From the human T2T-CHM13v2.0 reference genome, Homo sapiens: a stretch of DNA of 64,000 nt. The DNA is taken from assembly GCF_009914755.1 (NCBI RefSeq), contig NC_060934.1. One strand, 5' to 3'. Positions 12,746-44,135 of the stretch are shown in pieces (position 1 is the stretch's first letter; every line of letters starts with the position of its first letter). The notes beneath the pieces are model-generated. The model saw only the letters and a program-made list of their open reading frames with translations. It made no database searches and was not told the origin of the DNA. The position numbers and the translations under genes were made by a program.

Positions 12746-13507
12746 ATAATAATTAGGAATAAATTTAACAAAATAAGTGTGAAACGTTTGCACTGAAAAC
12801 TAAAAAACATCACTCAGATAAATGTCTAAATAAATGGAGAGATATATCATGTTAATGGATTAGATTACTCAATATTGTTAGATGTCAATTGATCTACAAA
12901 TTAACGGCAATTCCTGCCAAAAGTCTAGAAAGATTATTGGAAAAATTGACAAGCTGATTCTAAAATTATATAGAAATACAAAAATACCTAGAATAGCCAA
13001 AACAATCTTGCTAAGTAAGAATGAAGTTAAAGTACTTAATACTGCCTTATTTTAAAATTCAGTGTAAAGCAACAGTAGTCAAGACAGTGTAGAATCCACA
13101 TTAAGAGAGATAGATAGATCAATGGAACTAAGTGGAGTTCAGAATCCAATCACATAAATAGTCAATTAATTTTCATCAAAGATGCTAAGACAATTCAATA
13201 GGAAAAAGATGTTCTTTCAACAAATGATTCTATAAGAACTGGTTATTCATTTACAAAAACTAAACCTAGATCCTTAGGTCACATACGAAAATTAACTAAA
13301 ATGGATCATAGACCTAATTGTATGAGCTAAAACTGTAAAACTTCTAGGAAAAAAAATATAGGAGAAAATATTTATGACCTTGGACTAAGAAAAGTTTTCT
13401 TAGATATAATATCAAAAACATGTTCTATAAAAGAAAAACAGATAAATTGGACTTCACCAAAATGATGAAATCTTTGCTTTTCAAATATTTCTTAAATAAA
13501 TGAAAAG

Positions 13508-19204
<5,697 letters not shown>

Positions 19205-19382
19205 CTTCAGCCTTCGAGTAGCTATCAGGTGCGCCACCATGCCCAGCTAATTTTTGTGTTTTTAGTAGAGATGGGGTTTCACCATGTTGCCTAGGTTAGT
19301 CTTGAACTCCTGGGCTCAGGTGATCTGCTCGCCTTGGCCTCCCAAAATGCTAGGATTACAGGCGTGAGCCACTGTGCCCAGT
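19205..19382 (-). mobile_element. Partial Alu fused to the truncated L1
   Basis: GCGCCACCATGCCCAGCTAATTTTTGTGTTTTTAGTAGAG...GGATTACAGGCGTGAGCCACTGTGCCCAG. Confidence 0.88.
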
Positions 19383-21800
<2,418 letters not shown>

Positions 21801-21834
21801 AGAAGCAAACGTTTAACAGTTTGCCCAAGCAGCT

Positions 21835-22148
21835 TTTATTTTATTTTATTATTTTTAAAGAGACAGGGTCTTGCCCTGTTGCCTGGGTTGGAATAGTGGC
21901 ACGATCATATATCTCACAGCATCCTTGAACTCCTGGGTTCTAGGGACCCTCTGCCTTAGCCTCCTGAGTAGCTGGGACTACAGGCACACACCACAATGCC
22001 TAGCTAATTTTAAAAAAGTTTTTGTTTTGTAGAGATGCAGTCTCACTATGTTGCCCAAGCTAGCCTCAAACCCTTGGCTTCAAATGATTCTTCAACCTTG
22101 GTGCCCCAAAGTGTTGGGATTACAGGCGTCAGTCATGGCACCTGGCCT
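21835..22148 (-). mobile_element. Old Alu (AluJ-type)
   Basis: Diverged reverse-strand Alu with (TTTTA)n tail. Confidence 0.85.
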
Positions 22149-22393
22149 GAGCATATTTTAATAAGTCGCCCCATGTTTGGAGAATTTCTAACATTATTAA
22201 TATTACTTTCCCAATGCAGAAACCAGGAACACAAGTTTTTAAACTTCCTTTGTCATGAAGGCATAGACACATGATGAACACACTGCTACTGACATTAATT
22301 TCTGCTTTTATCTGCATAGCTGGTACCTCCAGGAAAAGGAGAGGAATGAGTTTGGAAAATAGTACACAGGAAGCTTCAACTATATCTATAATG

Positions 22394-22394
<1 letters not shown>

Positions 22395-22454
<60 letters not shown>

Positions 22455-22719
22455 TTTGAGTCTGGAGTGCAGTGACGCAATCTTGGCTCACTGCGACCTC
22501 TGCCTCTGCCTCCTGGGTTCAAGCGATTCTCCTGCCTCAGCCTCTTGAGTAGCTGGGACTACAGGTGCATGCCATGATGTCTGGTTAATTTTGTATTTTT
22601 TAGTAGAGATGGGGTTTCACCATGTTGGCCAGGCTGGTTTGAACACCCAACCTCAGGTGATCTGCCCGCCTCAGCCCCCAAAGTGCTGGGATTACAGGCG
22701 TGAACTACCGTGCCTGGCC
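22395..22719 (-). mobile_element. (TA)n microsatellite plus reverse Alu
   Basis: TA run about 22396-22453 next to an Alu ending ...ACCGTGCCTGGCC. Confidence 0.9.
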
Positions 22720-23685
22720 AGATAATGCTTAAATTAGAAGGTTGCATGCATAAATATGATATCTTGGACATTGATGAGACCACATAGACAAACTATATAA
22801 AGGGAAAAGAGGAAAAGGCCCAGGTCTAAGTCCTGAGTGATATTTCATATTTAGAAGTTAGGAAAAGAAGAATGGAATATGGAAGACAAGAAAGGAAGAA
22901 GCAGTGAGGGAAGAAGAAATCCAGTAAGTGGTGCCTCAGAATTAGAAAAAAAAAAAAAGACAAGTGTTTCAATAAGAGAGTGATCATTGGCGTCAAAAGC
23001 TGCAAAGTTCTTGAATACGATGCAGACAGAAACGTTCACTGGATTTGGTTAATACACTTAGTCAGATAACAAAAAACCAGCAATTTCACCAGTTACGCTC
23101 CTTTTCATACTTCAGAGATGAAGGATAATATTCACTAGCCTATATAATATTCTAGGTTTTGAATGTCAAATAACATAACATAGGTGATTGTGTTAAATGT
23201 CAGAATATTTAAGGAATAATTATGTTGTAATATACAGGCCAGCGTGCATTTGTTGCTTGCTGGAGTAGTCAAGTTTTATTTCTGACAAGTCTGCAGTTCC
23301 AGTGAGCCTCTCCCTGGCTGAGTAACTCTCACCCATCCATCTGTCAGGGAGAGTTCGCTGTGCATCCCAAGTATCTTAGAATTGGGTAGAAGTTTAGCTT
23401 TAATTAGTTTGACCTTGAGTCTAGCAACAGGAGAGGGAACAGGCAGCGAAGAGGTCGTGAATGATGTCCCAGCAGCAGGAGACAGGGAGTGTCATTATCA
23501 TTCCTGGTCTTCTCACAGGACTCTGAATACAGAGAGTGAGGAAGATTAGGGGGTCCTGTCTGCTGACTCCCTGATGATCTCAGACCCTCTCTGCTCTTTC
23601 TGGATGGTGACTTGTTAATTCTGGCATACTATTACTGATAATATATTTATCCTTTTCACTGTGATTTGCCCAATTGTTGCTTTAG

Positions 23686-23770
23686 CACTGGACCTTGTCA
23701 AGAAGTTGTTGGTAGTGGATCCAAAGGCACGTTTTATGAGAGAAGAAGCCTTAAGACACCGTGGCTTCAG
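23686..23770 (+). pseudogene. CHEK2P: CHEK2 pseudo-exon 13 (numbering of the 15-exon transcript)
   Basis: TTTAG|CACTGGACCTTGTCAAGAAGTTGTTGGTAGTGGATCCAAAGGCACG...GGCTTCAG|GTGGGT; reads [24 protein letters not shown]; 85 nt, one C short at CACCGTGG relative to the HPWLQ frame. Confidence 0.95.
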
Positions 23771-23922
23771 GTGGGTGTGGGACAGTGCCTGCTAGCATAA
23801 AATACATGGGAAGCCCTGCTGCCTGAGAGACATGAGACAGAGGATAGAAACATGTTTAGTCTGTTTAATCTAATTGTTTTAGATGTATGGGGGGTATCTT
23901 GGAGGATGGGTTGCAACCTGTC

Positions 23923-24134
23923 TTTTTTTTTCTTTTTTGAGACAGGTTCTCCTTCTGTCACCCTGGCTGGAGTGCAGTGGCACGATCTCAGCTCACTGCA
24001 ACCTCTGACCCCTGGGTTCAAGTGATTCTCCTGCCTCAACCTCCCAAGTAGCTGGGATTAAAGGTGCATGCTACCAAGCCCAACTACTTTTTGTATTTTT
24101 TGTAGAGATGGGGTTTCACCGTGTTGGCCAGGCT
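23923..24134 (-). mobile_element. Partial Alu
   Basis: T-tail, right arm and linker; breaks off after GTTGGCCAGGCT. Confidence 0.88.
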
Positions 24135-24705
24135 ACAACCTTTTTGATGTTACTCATGGCTGTTGGATGTACAAGCTCACTTTATGTCCTGTTCTGGTTC
24201 CACTTGGCTTCCCTAAGTCTCCAGTCTGGCCTGTGTTCTTTTGAGGGCTTGTTCTGGCTCTACCCCCAGCCATGTCCACTGCTCTTCATAGGTGGGCTGC
24301 ATTCCAGCCATCTTCAACCTTAAATAAGGGAAGTGGGGGAGGGGGAGGAGGGCAGCCTCCCTGGGGAGAATCCAGCTATTTCTCAAGCCCAAGTGACTGG
24401 TATAAAGGGTCCCACTGCTTGTTCATTCAGGTGAGTAAATGTGTCCTTAGTGAAGGCCGTCACCTGCACCTTTCATCTGTGTTAGTGCTGTGCTCCTGCT
24501 AGGTGTTGGGGCTGCCATTATTAAATCCTGACCTCATTTAGAACTGCCAAGAGTTGGAAGTACGTTTTGGCTTTGCTGGATTAATCTTTAGTTTTGGAAT
24601 TAGCTATGCCATTGGGCAGGTTTTCTGATAGATGTCTGGTCTTCTCTAATGAGCAGTTCCATTCAACACAGCCATGTCCCTTTCTATTAATTTTCTTTTG
24701 GTCTG

Positions 24706-25067
24706 GGGATTAGTCTGTTCTCACACTGCTATAAAGAACTGCCCAAGACTGGGTAATTTATAAAGAAAGGAGGTTTAATTGACTCACAGCTCCACATGGC
24801 TGGGGAGGCCTCAGGAAACTTACAATCATGGTGGAAGGGGAAGAAGGTATGTCTTAATGGCAGCAGGTGAGAGAGCTTGTGAAGGAAGTGAAGGGCGAAG
24901 AGCCTTTTATGAAACTGTCAGATCTTGTGAGAACTCACTATCACGAGAATAGCCTGGGGGAAACTGCCCCCATGAGCCAATCACTTCTCAACAGGTCCCT
25001 TTCTCAACTCCTGGGGATTACAATTTGAGATGAGATTTGGGTAGGGACATAAAGCCAAACTGTATCA
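24706..25067 (-). mobile_element. MSTA/THE1-type MaLR solo LTR
   Basis: ATTAGTCTGTTCTCACACTGCTATAAAGAACTGCCCAAGACTGGGTAATTTATAAAG...GCCAAACTGTATCA. Confidence 0.85.
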
Positions 25068-26061
25068 ATCCGTTTTCTGTGGAGATGGGGGACAGAACTG
25101 GTAGCTTGAGCGAGAGGCTGTTACTTGAGCTAAATGCTGTTTCTCTGGGGATTACTGGTCCAGGAACTCCTTGGTCAATCCAGCCTCAGCCCCGTACTTC
25201 TGGGACTCTAGGAAGACTCTCCCCATTCTCTCTTCTAATACTCTACACCCAACAGTTTTGCTCAGGCCAGCTCAGGTTGAGAACAACAAAAACTTAAAAA
25301 AAAAAAGAAAAGACAGATATATGTGTTTTGGATGTTGCCCTGGAAACGACAGTCTCCCCAGAAGAAATCTGTCAGATGATTTAGCATTTAATAGACCACA
25401 CAGATTTGAAACAGCGGGACCCTGGAGGAAAGGGCTTTGGAAACAAAGGGTGCCTTTGCATGTGAGGATTTTAATTTTGATGAAAAAGAGAAACATGTCT
25501 TTTGGCTCTTTTCATGTGTCCTATTAGGGAAACTCTTGGGTCTAAATGTAGAGGTACAGGAGCTGTGTTCATCTCTAGCAAAAAAGCAGAGCTGGCCTGT
25601 TGAGCCTGGGAACAGGGTTTGCATCTGCCTGAAATTTATGAGCAAGTGTAGCCCATTTTTCTTGTACTTCTTCGTCTCAAAGAAAACTTATTAACATCCA
25701 AGGAGAAGATGAAGTTCAACTCTGTGGCAGGATCTCCCTGGAATACTCTTTTAGCCACCTTTTGTTTTTGCAGTAAAAGGAGGAATGAGCATTGAATGAA
25801 GACAAGGATGAAGACTGACCATCTAAAATATCTGTTAGTGATAGTTTGGGTTTTATTTTGGGAAAATTCAGTGTTTTCACAAAAACCAAATGGTTTTGTG
25901 GGTCTGGCGCTGGATTGAGTGTTGGGAATGTGGATTCTGGTCTCTGTTTTGTCATTAACAGAGTGCCCAGTTTGGGGAGCATCCCTTACATCTACTGTCT
26001 GCCTCATATTTACTGCCTGAAATAGAGGATTTCTTCTGTTTGCTTTCAAGGGATATTATAA

Positions 26062-27697
<1,636 letters not shown>

Positions 27698-28486
27698 TGA
27701 GGCATTGGAATCAGATAACTCTGGGTCTGTATTGTGCACATGCCACCTGTGAGTGGCTGAGCTGGGCTTCTGGCCAACACGCAAAGGCCACATTCCTAGT
27801 TATAGTTGTTCCTTTCACCTTGCTGAAGATGGGGAGAGCTGCACCAGACCACCTCTCAGGGTTTCCTAATGTAAATCCTTGAACCCTGCAGAAGTAAGAA
27901 TCCAGAGAGGTGGGAGCTACTCGTATACACACTGTTTGTGCCCTCCTCATCTCCCGCTCCTGCAGCATGAAACACCTGTAATGCTTTGTCCTGTTTATTG
28001 TCTCCCTTTCTCATTAGACCTGAGCTCTGGGATATTGTGGGCTTAAGTACTTCTGAAAATTTGTATGGCATCTGCTGGGTGAATTTTCCTAGGGTGCTGG
28101 GCTGGTTGTTAGGACAGCCTGGGTGACTGGCCTCATTCATGGCAGAGGCAGCAGGTGGAGAGTGGTCCCGGAAGGATTTGAGGATCTGCACGGAGTCAGG
28201 CCCGGCCCCTGGCCCCCTGATTGTCACCTTTCTCAGGATCTGGGATGCTAATTCAGAAACTCTTGACTGCTGGAGGCTGTGATTGACCCACTGAGAGCTT
28301 TTAGGCATGTGGATGTGAGTCAGCCAGGATTGATGGAACATTGACTGCTAATTGGACTCCTCTGGGAAGGTAGAGGGGGGCAACACATAATGCCTTCGCT
28401 GTGGGAGCTTCATCAAGGGCGTGATTCTTGGACGGACATCTTTTCCTCCCTCTTTCCACAGGGGCATGCTACCCCTGTCATTCTAG

Positions 28487-28666
<180 letters not shown>

Positions 28667-29030
28667 TGATAAGCAAAGATGATGAAATTCAAGATTTTCC
28701 TGAGTAGCAATTGCTTAACATTGTTTCAGTTATAATGTAGTAGAAACTCTGTTTGAACTTGATTCACTCCAGCACCCTTAGATTTAAAAATGCAGGATAT
28801 GTTTAATGTCTAACACATAATAGACAGATAAACACAGCTAGGGATTGTCATCCAAAAGGTCACCTGTAAGGCAATTTCGAAAGACTCTATTAGAGGCTCA
28901 AATATAAATTTGTTGGAAAAATTAAAATTTGGGTCAGTAGTTGATTCCTTGATTACAATTTTATTCTTTAAAGTTCTTTGTGAATATAGGTTAATTCCAG
29001 TCCTGCTTTTTTTGTTGTTGTTGTTGTTGA

Positions 29031-29365
<335 letters not shown>

Positions 29366-29640
29366 TTCCTCCCAATTTTGTATATGGGAAAACAACTAAG
29401 GCACAAAGGTTGTCTTCCCGCAAAAGACCAAGAGTTGGGGCTTCAACTGAGAGGTATTATAGTCCTTTTAAAGTTGATATTTAGAAGAAGATGATCAAGA
29501 GGAAGTTGGTTATGCTACTTGCTTTCAGTATACATCATTCAGAGGTCAGAAGCCATAAGGGAGAGAAATATCTATTAGATAAGCATGTCTGAGTTGTGGG
29601 CTGTGGTGAGGACTCAGTTGTCATTTTCCTTTATTTTCAG

Positions 29641-29870
29641 CCTTCTACTAGTCGAAAGCGGCCTCATGAAGGGGAAGCCGAGGGTGCCGAGACCACAAAG
29701 CGCCCGGCTGTGTTGTGAACTCCGTGGTTTGAACATGAAAGAAATGTACCTTCTTTCATTCTGTCATTTTTCTTTTCTTTGAGTCTGTTTTTTATAGTTT
29801 GTATTTTAATTATGGGAATAATTGCTTTTTCACAGTCACTGATGTACAATTAAAAACCTGATGGAACCTG
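29641..29870 (+). pseudogene. CHEK2P: CHEK2 pseudo-exon 15 (terminal exon with 3' UTR)
   Basis: TTTTCAG|CCTTCTACTAGTCGAAAGCGG; [25 protein letters not shown] (TGA 29716-29718); ATTAAA at 29849-29854. Confidence 0.96.
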
Positions 29871-29914
29871 GGCTTTGTGCTTCTGCTTGATAATCAGTTC
29901 TTTAGTTGAATGGC

Positions 29915-30223
29915 TTTATTATTTATTTATTTGGGACGGAGTCTCACTCTGTTGCCCAGCCTGAAGTGTAGTGGTGCAAGCTTGGAAGCTTGGCTCACTG
30001 CAACCTCTGCTTCCCAGGTTCAAGTGATTCTCGGGCCTCAGCCTCCTGAGTAGCTGGGATTACAGGTATGCACCACCATGCCAAGCTAATTTTTATATTT
30101 TTTTGTAGAGACAGGGTTTTGCCATGTTGGCCAGCCTGGTCTTGAACTTCTGACCTCAGGTGATCCGCCTGCCTCGGTCTCTTAAAGTGCTGGGATTACA
30201 CACGTGAGCCACTGTGCCTAGCC
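29915..30223 (-). mobile_element. Alu (AluS-type)
   Basis: Full reverse Alu. Confidence 0.9.
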
Positions 30224-31276
30224 TGAATGGCTTTTTTATATTTAAAGTTGTTGTGTGCCTTTCATCTGGAGCTACACCTTGGCTATCACTAGGCAGGTTT
30301 TCCAGGATGTCACCCTGGTCTCAGCCTGTGAGAGCTGAATACAAATTCTAAGGGCCCCTTGGAAAGTTCCAGGGAAAGGAGCATAGTGAGGTTGGGGGTG
30401 GAGTTTGTAGAGACTGGCTGGCTGGCTGCTGACATCTTCATGAGAACAGCAGGTACCTTGGTGCATAAAAACAGGCCAGGTTATATTCTCATCCTTGCCC
30501 TCATAAAGATACAGGTCTACAGTCTCTGAAACCTTTGGGGGTAGATAAGTTGTGAAATTTAATTACCCAATTTTAGGAAGGTGGTAAGGCATATCTACTA
30601 TTTGTATGTGTAGCACCCCAGTGGAGTCCTACACATGTGGAGTCCTACCCCAGTGGAGACCAAACATGTTAATATTTCCACAGCAAATATTCACAGTAAG
30701 AGGGATAGAGAAAGATTATAGGCAGTTGCATATTGATTCATATCAGTCTTTTCTTCCAAATGAGCTACAGTGACTCATTTTTGAGAACTGTTTGGGTTTT
30801 GGAAGTGGAGATAAGGCATGGTTATGTCTTGTTGACCCAATAATGACCGGGGAGGCCCTGTGCAAAGACTTACCCTTGGCTGCTCTTGTCCAGGATGAAA
30901 ATAACTTTTCTGATGTCGTGCAGCTGGTAAATGGCAGAGCTGGGACCCAACCCAGGTCTTTTTGACTCTAAAACTAATGTTCCTTCTTGTCTACTGAATC
31001 TGCTTTTATAACTTTGCTTGGTTGATGCTAGGACACTTTGTAGCTTGCTGGCCATGCCATGAATTGAGTGCCAAGGTTCAAAGGCCACTGGCGATTCAGT
31101 CAAGGCAGGGTCAAGGGCACACAGCCATTTCCTTAGGAAATGGGGATGGTGGTTGGAAATTTCTATTAAAGGGTATATATAAGCATTCTGAGACTTGGCT
31201 GGCCTGGTGTAGGGGGTTTGTTGGGAATTTAGGTGGTTTGCATGTTTAAAGGAATAAGGCTGAGATTGCCAATTAG

Positions 31277-31678
<402 letters not shown>

Positions 31679-31732
31679 ACCCTTCTCTGTTTCCAGAGCA
31701 TTTTGTATTAACTCCTTCTCATGATATATTCC

Positions 31733-32900
<1,168 letters not shown>

Positions 32901-33026
32901 GACTCACAAATGGGAGAAATCAGCTGCTGGTTGAAGGCTACCAAACACCTACTTCCTTTCCTAACGTCACTTTAGTTTTATCTTGGAGGAATTATTTTCC
33001 CTATCCCATTAAGTCATGGGAGATGG

Positions 33027-33316
<290 letters not shown>

Positions 33317-34496
33317 TATGGGAGAGGGTGGTAAAGCTAAGTATCTTTTGCACCTACTCCCCAGCCCCACCACTGCAGAAGCTGAAGGGGTTCCTAGAGG
33401 CGTCTTCTGCCATGCAGCTGTTCCCACTGACCCCTAGCTAGAGGTGGGTGTAGGACTTTGAAACATGAACAAATGGAGCTTGGATGGCAATGGCGGGAAC
33501 AATATTGTGCTAATCTGAACTCTGCACTTCCTAACTTTGGTTCTGGGTAAATTACCTCAAATTGCTGAGCCTTTGTTTCCATATTTATAAAATGGGTGCG
33601 GTAAGAGTACCAACCTCTTTTATGCTGTCTGGAGGAGGCAGGTCCATAAGGTAACTGGCATGTGGTAAGGGATTCATGAATGTTGGCTTCTATCATTAAG
33701 GGTGTGGGAGCCACATAAGTAGCCAGAGGGAGTCATAGAAAGTTCTTGAGCCAGAGAAGTAAGATAATCTTTTCAGCTTTTTGTGCAGCATAAAAGGTGG
33801 GTAATTTGCTTGCCTTTGACCAAGCAAATTTGGGATGTGCCAGGCCTGGGGTGAATGGTGGGAACCCAAGTAGAGGGATATTTCTCTTTGACTGAATTAA
33901 CTGTGACTCCGTTTTGCGGAGCAGCCAGGTTGCTTCATGGTGGACCTGCTGCATGCCTACATGATGGTGCTGTGGATAGCTCTTGTTTGTGCCAGCCCTG
34001 TACCTGATACCTCTTGTGGTAATTGCATCCCTATTTTTCAGAAGGAAGCATCCCTCCTCCCACTTTCTGGTTTTCCCCATGTCCTTCTGGAAGGGATATC
34101 CCCAACCGCTTCCTGAAGGGGCTTCATGAAAGCCAGGTCTGGCCAGGCTGGATGTGGTGATTGGCTCCGGCATGGGCATGTGGCCCAAACGGTTCCAGTG
34201 AAAGTCATTCCTGGGACTTTGGCTGGAACTATTGGGGAACAGCCTCTGCTTTCTTGGGCAGATGTGAGTTAGGAGCTGCTCAGGCCACTATGTGGAAAGA
34301 ACTGCATGAGAATGAAGTAATCAAAGGGAAGCAAGCACTGAGAGATTAGAGAGACTTATCTTGTATAAATGCCTGTATCCAACTATGCCTGAAGTGAGGT
34401 ACCACCCCAGGCCTTTTCAGTCATGCTATCAGTTTTGTTCCTTTTTTCTGTTTTACTCTTGGTGGAGTTATTTTTTTTTCCTTTTTACTTGAATAA

Positions 34497-37955
<3,459 letters not shown>

Positions 37956-38274
37956 AGACTAGTAAATGCACCCATTTACAAATTCCAAGAGACTCTTGAA
38001 GATTCTTTTTGTTAGTAGGGAAAACATTCTCCATTTTTCTGCCAACTTTAGGGTTTTCAGAGAAGGTTGGCAGAGAGAAAGGAAAGTAAAGATGTGGGAA
38101 GAAAGAGTCCTTGCAGCCCCAAGTTGGGCGAACTCCTCCCACCTACTTATACCACAGGGTTTTGGGAGCAGAGCCCCTTTTATTAAACTTTTTAGGAGTC
38201 TTGGATGGATAGGGTGGGAATTACACCAGTGAAACTCATCTTTGTGTGTGCCAGGCATTGTGCCCTGGGATATG

Positions 38275-39725
<1,451 letters not shown>

Positions 39726-40028
39726 TACAGTCATCATCTCCCTGAAAGCTCAGTCAACCCTGTGCAGTGCTACTGCCACACTCCCCTTTTGCACATGTAG
39801 AAATGAAGGATCTTTGGCTCCTCTGAGTGACTTGTTCAAGGTTTCTCAGTTTCCAAGAGATGGAGGCAGGACTTGAATTGAGATTTCCCTATCTTGAGAA
39901 CCTGTGGTCCTTAACCATTAAAACCACTTAAGAGGTCTTCTCTCTTGATCACTACCTACTAAGTGCTAGGCGCGGTGCTGAGGCGTTCTCTTGATTATCA
40001 TATTGAGTCTTTAGATTTAGGAGAAACA

Positions 40029-40321
<293 letters not shown>

Positions 40322-40429
40322 AGATTTAGGAGAAACAAGTCCCGAAGCCCTGACCATAACACGCAAGGGTTAGTGGAGTTGTGGGACTTGAACTCAGCTT
40401 CTCCGTTGAGTCTGTCTGTCTCTGGGATG

Positions 40430-41450
40430 CAGGCACGTGCTTGCACACTTCCACGGTGGCGATCCCGCCCCCTTAGTAGCGTCCTTAGCTCGGCACTTCT
40501 TGCAGGGAAGTTCCTGTTGGCCCAGACCCTCGTCCTAGGCTCCGCGTTGTGGGGGAAGCGAAAGGGGCAGTGTGGGGAAGTGGCCGAGGGGTCCGGTCCG
40601 GGGTGGTCTGCAGAGATGCAGGCGGCAGTTCGGAGCCGGGAACCACGCGTTCACCCGCCAAGTCGGACAGGCCTGGCGGGGTGGGCGAGACACTGGGAAC
40701 AGCAGCCAGCTCCAGAGGGCGCGAGGCGGGGTGCGCGGGGAGCGGGGGGGCGCACGCGGTTGGGGGGCAGTGAGGGTCGCCGCGGCGGCACGCAGCACGG
40801 CGGGAACATGGCGCATGGAACTGGTGCACGCGCCTAGTTGGCGGGACCATTAGCTCGAGGCGGACGCGGCCCGGACCCCGTGGATATGGGGCAGTCGCCG
40901 CCTCCGGCGCCCGAGCCGACCCAAGGGCCGACCCCCGCAAGGAGCTGAAGACAGCGGGAGCCCGAGTCGCCGCCGACGTCGGCGCCGGTGAGTGCTTGAG
41001 GGGCTCGGGCCAGGAGACTTTCTTTGTGAAACTCCGGCGGTGGGAGCCGGGCCAGGCCTCAGCGGCTGAGGAGTGCCTGTGAGGCAGAAGGCGTCTCGCA
41101 GTCCGGGTTCGATCCCAGCTGCGAGCCGTCAGGCGGCAGGACCTGGTCTGCTGCCTGCCTGCCTCAGTTTCCACGGGAGTGTGTGTGGGTGTGTGTGGGT
41201 GTGTGAGGGTGTGTATGGGTGTTGGCCTGCGCACACCGGAGGGGGGGTCGGTATACAGTCGGCGCCTAATGCGCGCAGCGCCTCCCCCCTCCCCCCAGTC
41301 CCCGTGGGGCAGAACCTGGGGACTGGAGTCCACCAGAGCAGTAGGCGGCACCTGCGGGGAGACAGGTGTCGGCGCAGCCTCGGAGGCTCAGGTGCTACTT
41401 TTCCCGGGTGGGGTTTGTGAGGGGTGAGCTCTTCGTCCCCGGAGGCGAGC
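40430..41450 (+). promoter_or_regulatory. CpG island; duplicated TTC28 promoter/first-exon region
   Basis: Very GC- and CpG-rich; E-box CACGTG 40434-40439, GC box CCCGCCCC near 40464, E2F-like TTGGCGGGA 40838-40846; surrounds the TTC28-like exon 1. Confidence 0.85.
40886..40987 (+). pseudogene. TTC28: Duplicated coding part of TTC28 exon 1 with premature stop
   Basis: Reads MGQSPPPAPEPTQGPTPARS*RQREPESPPTSAP then donor GTGAGT. Recalled TTC28 N-terminus is MEQSPPPAPEPTQGPTPARSRRRREPESPPASAP. TTC28 lies just downstream of CHEK2 in the same orientation on 22q12. Confidence 0.9.
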
Positions 41451-42081
41451 AAGTCTGTCAGTGGCTCATCACAGAGAGCTGTTTTGGAAAGCGTTCCACC
41501 CACCTCAGCTTCGTGCTGTGTTTGGGCCACTAGTCAGGGGGAAGGATGCTGAGCGACATGGACTTTAGAGGTGGGGCTCCCGCTGGACAGAATGGCTCTG
41601 GGCTCTCCAGCTTACCCCTACCCTTGCCTCCCAAACCCGTTAGAGTGTAGGAATCATTGGGAGCACCTGATAAAAATGCCACGGATTGTGGCTCACCAAA
41701 GCAGGGAAGCCGATTTGGAACTTAAGCTCCCAAGTTGTGATCAGTCGAGCTTGGCAAGCACTGTTTTAGAGAGTAGGCTTCCTGCATGCAAGAGCCGGTT
41801 TTGTGTATACCTCACCATGGCATCTTGGTACCTGGCATGGTGCCTGGCACACGGTAGATGATCATAAAATATCTGTAGAAAGTCTAAATTATTAGGGAGA
41901 GTGCAGCATAGGAGTTCTTGAGACATTTTCAGGAGCTTCTTGAGACTAATATCTGTCAGGTTTGTTTTACAGTATATGATTTTTCTCAGCTCCCAACTTT
42001 TGTGATTGTTTTTAATGCCATGTTTTCAGTATGTTCTAGGCAAAAGCAGGGTATATGTTGCTTAGTATACACTATCCACTA

Positions 42082-43945
<1,864 letters not shown>

Positions 43946-44135
43946 TTTTTTTTATTTCTAATAAAAAATTAATAGAGTTTCTTGTTTCACTGGACAAAAT
44001 ATGCATATATAGGAAGGAAAGACTTTTGGACTTGAGATTGTGCTGAAGAAGAAAAATGGAAAAATTAAGCATTTTAGTCTCTCAGTGTGTTATTTTTGTA
44101 GCTTATACAGATATGTCTTTTTAAAGTGTCTTTAA

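Larger units (their letters stand above)
2395..13507 (+). mobile_element. Old L1M-type LINE-1 (5' region, ORF1 and ORF2 remnants) broken by several nested insertions
   Basis: ORF 4645-4929 (...SELEGRPIEVNQSEEQKEKRMK...LRNLWDTIKSTNICIMGIPGEER) is ORF1p-like. Decayed ORF2-like DNA at about 6770-6805, 8722-10140 and 12746-13507 reads on across each insertion. Subfamily not determined. Confidence 0.75.

Noticed and set aside
40886-40948. 20-aa micropeptide with a new N-terminal MG myristoylation site
   Set aside because: MGQSPP has prolines at positions 5-6 and no Ser/Thr at position 6, and there is no evidence of translation.
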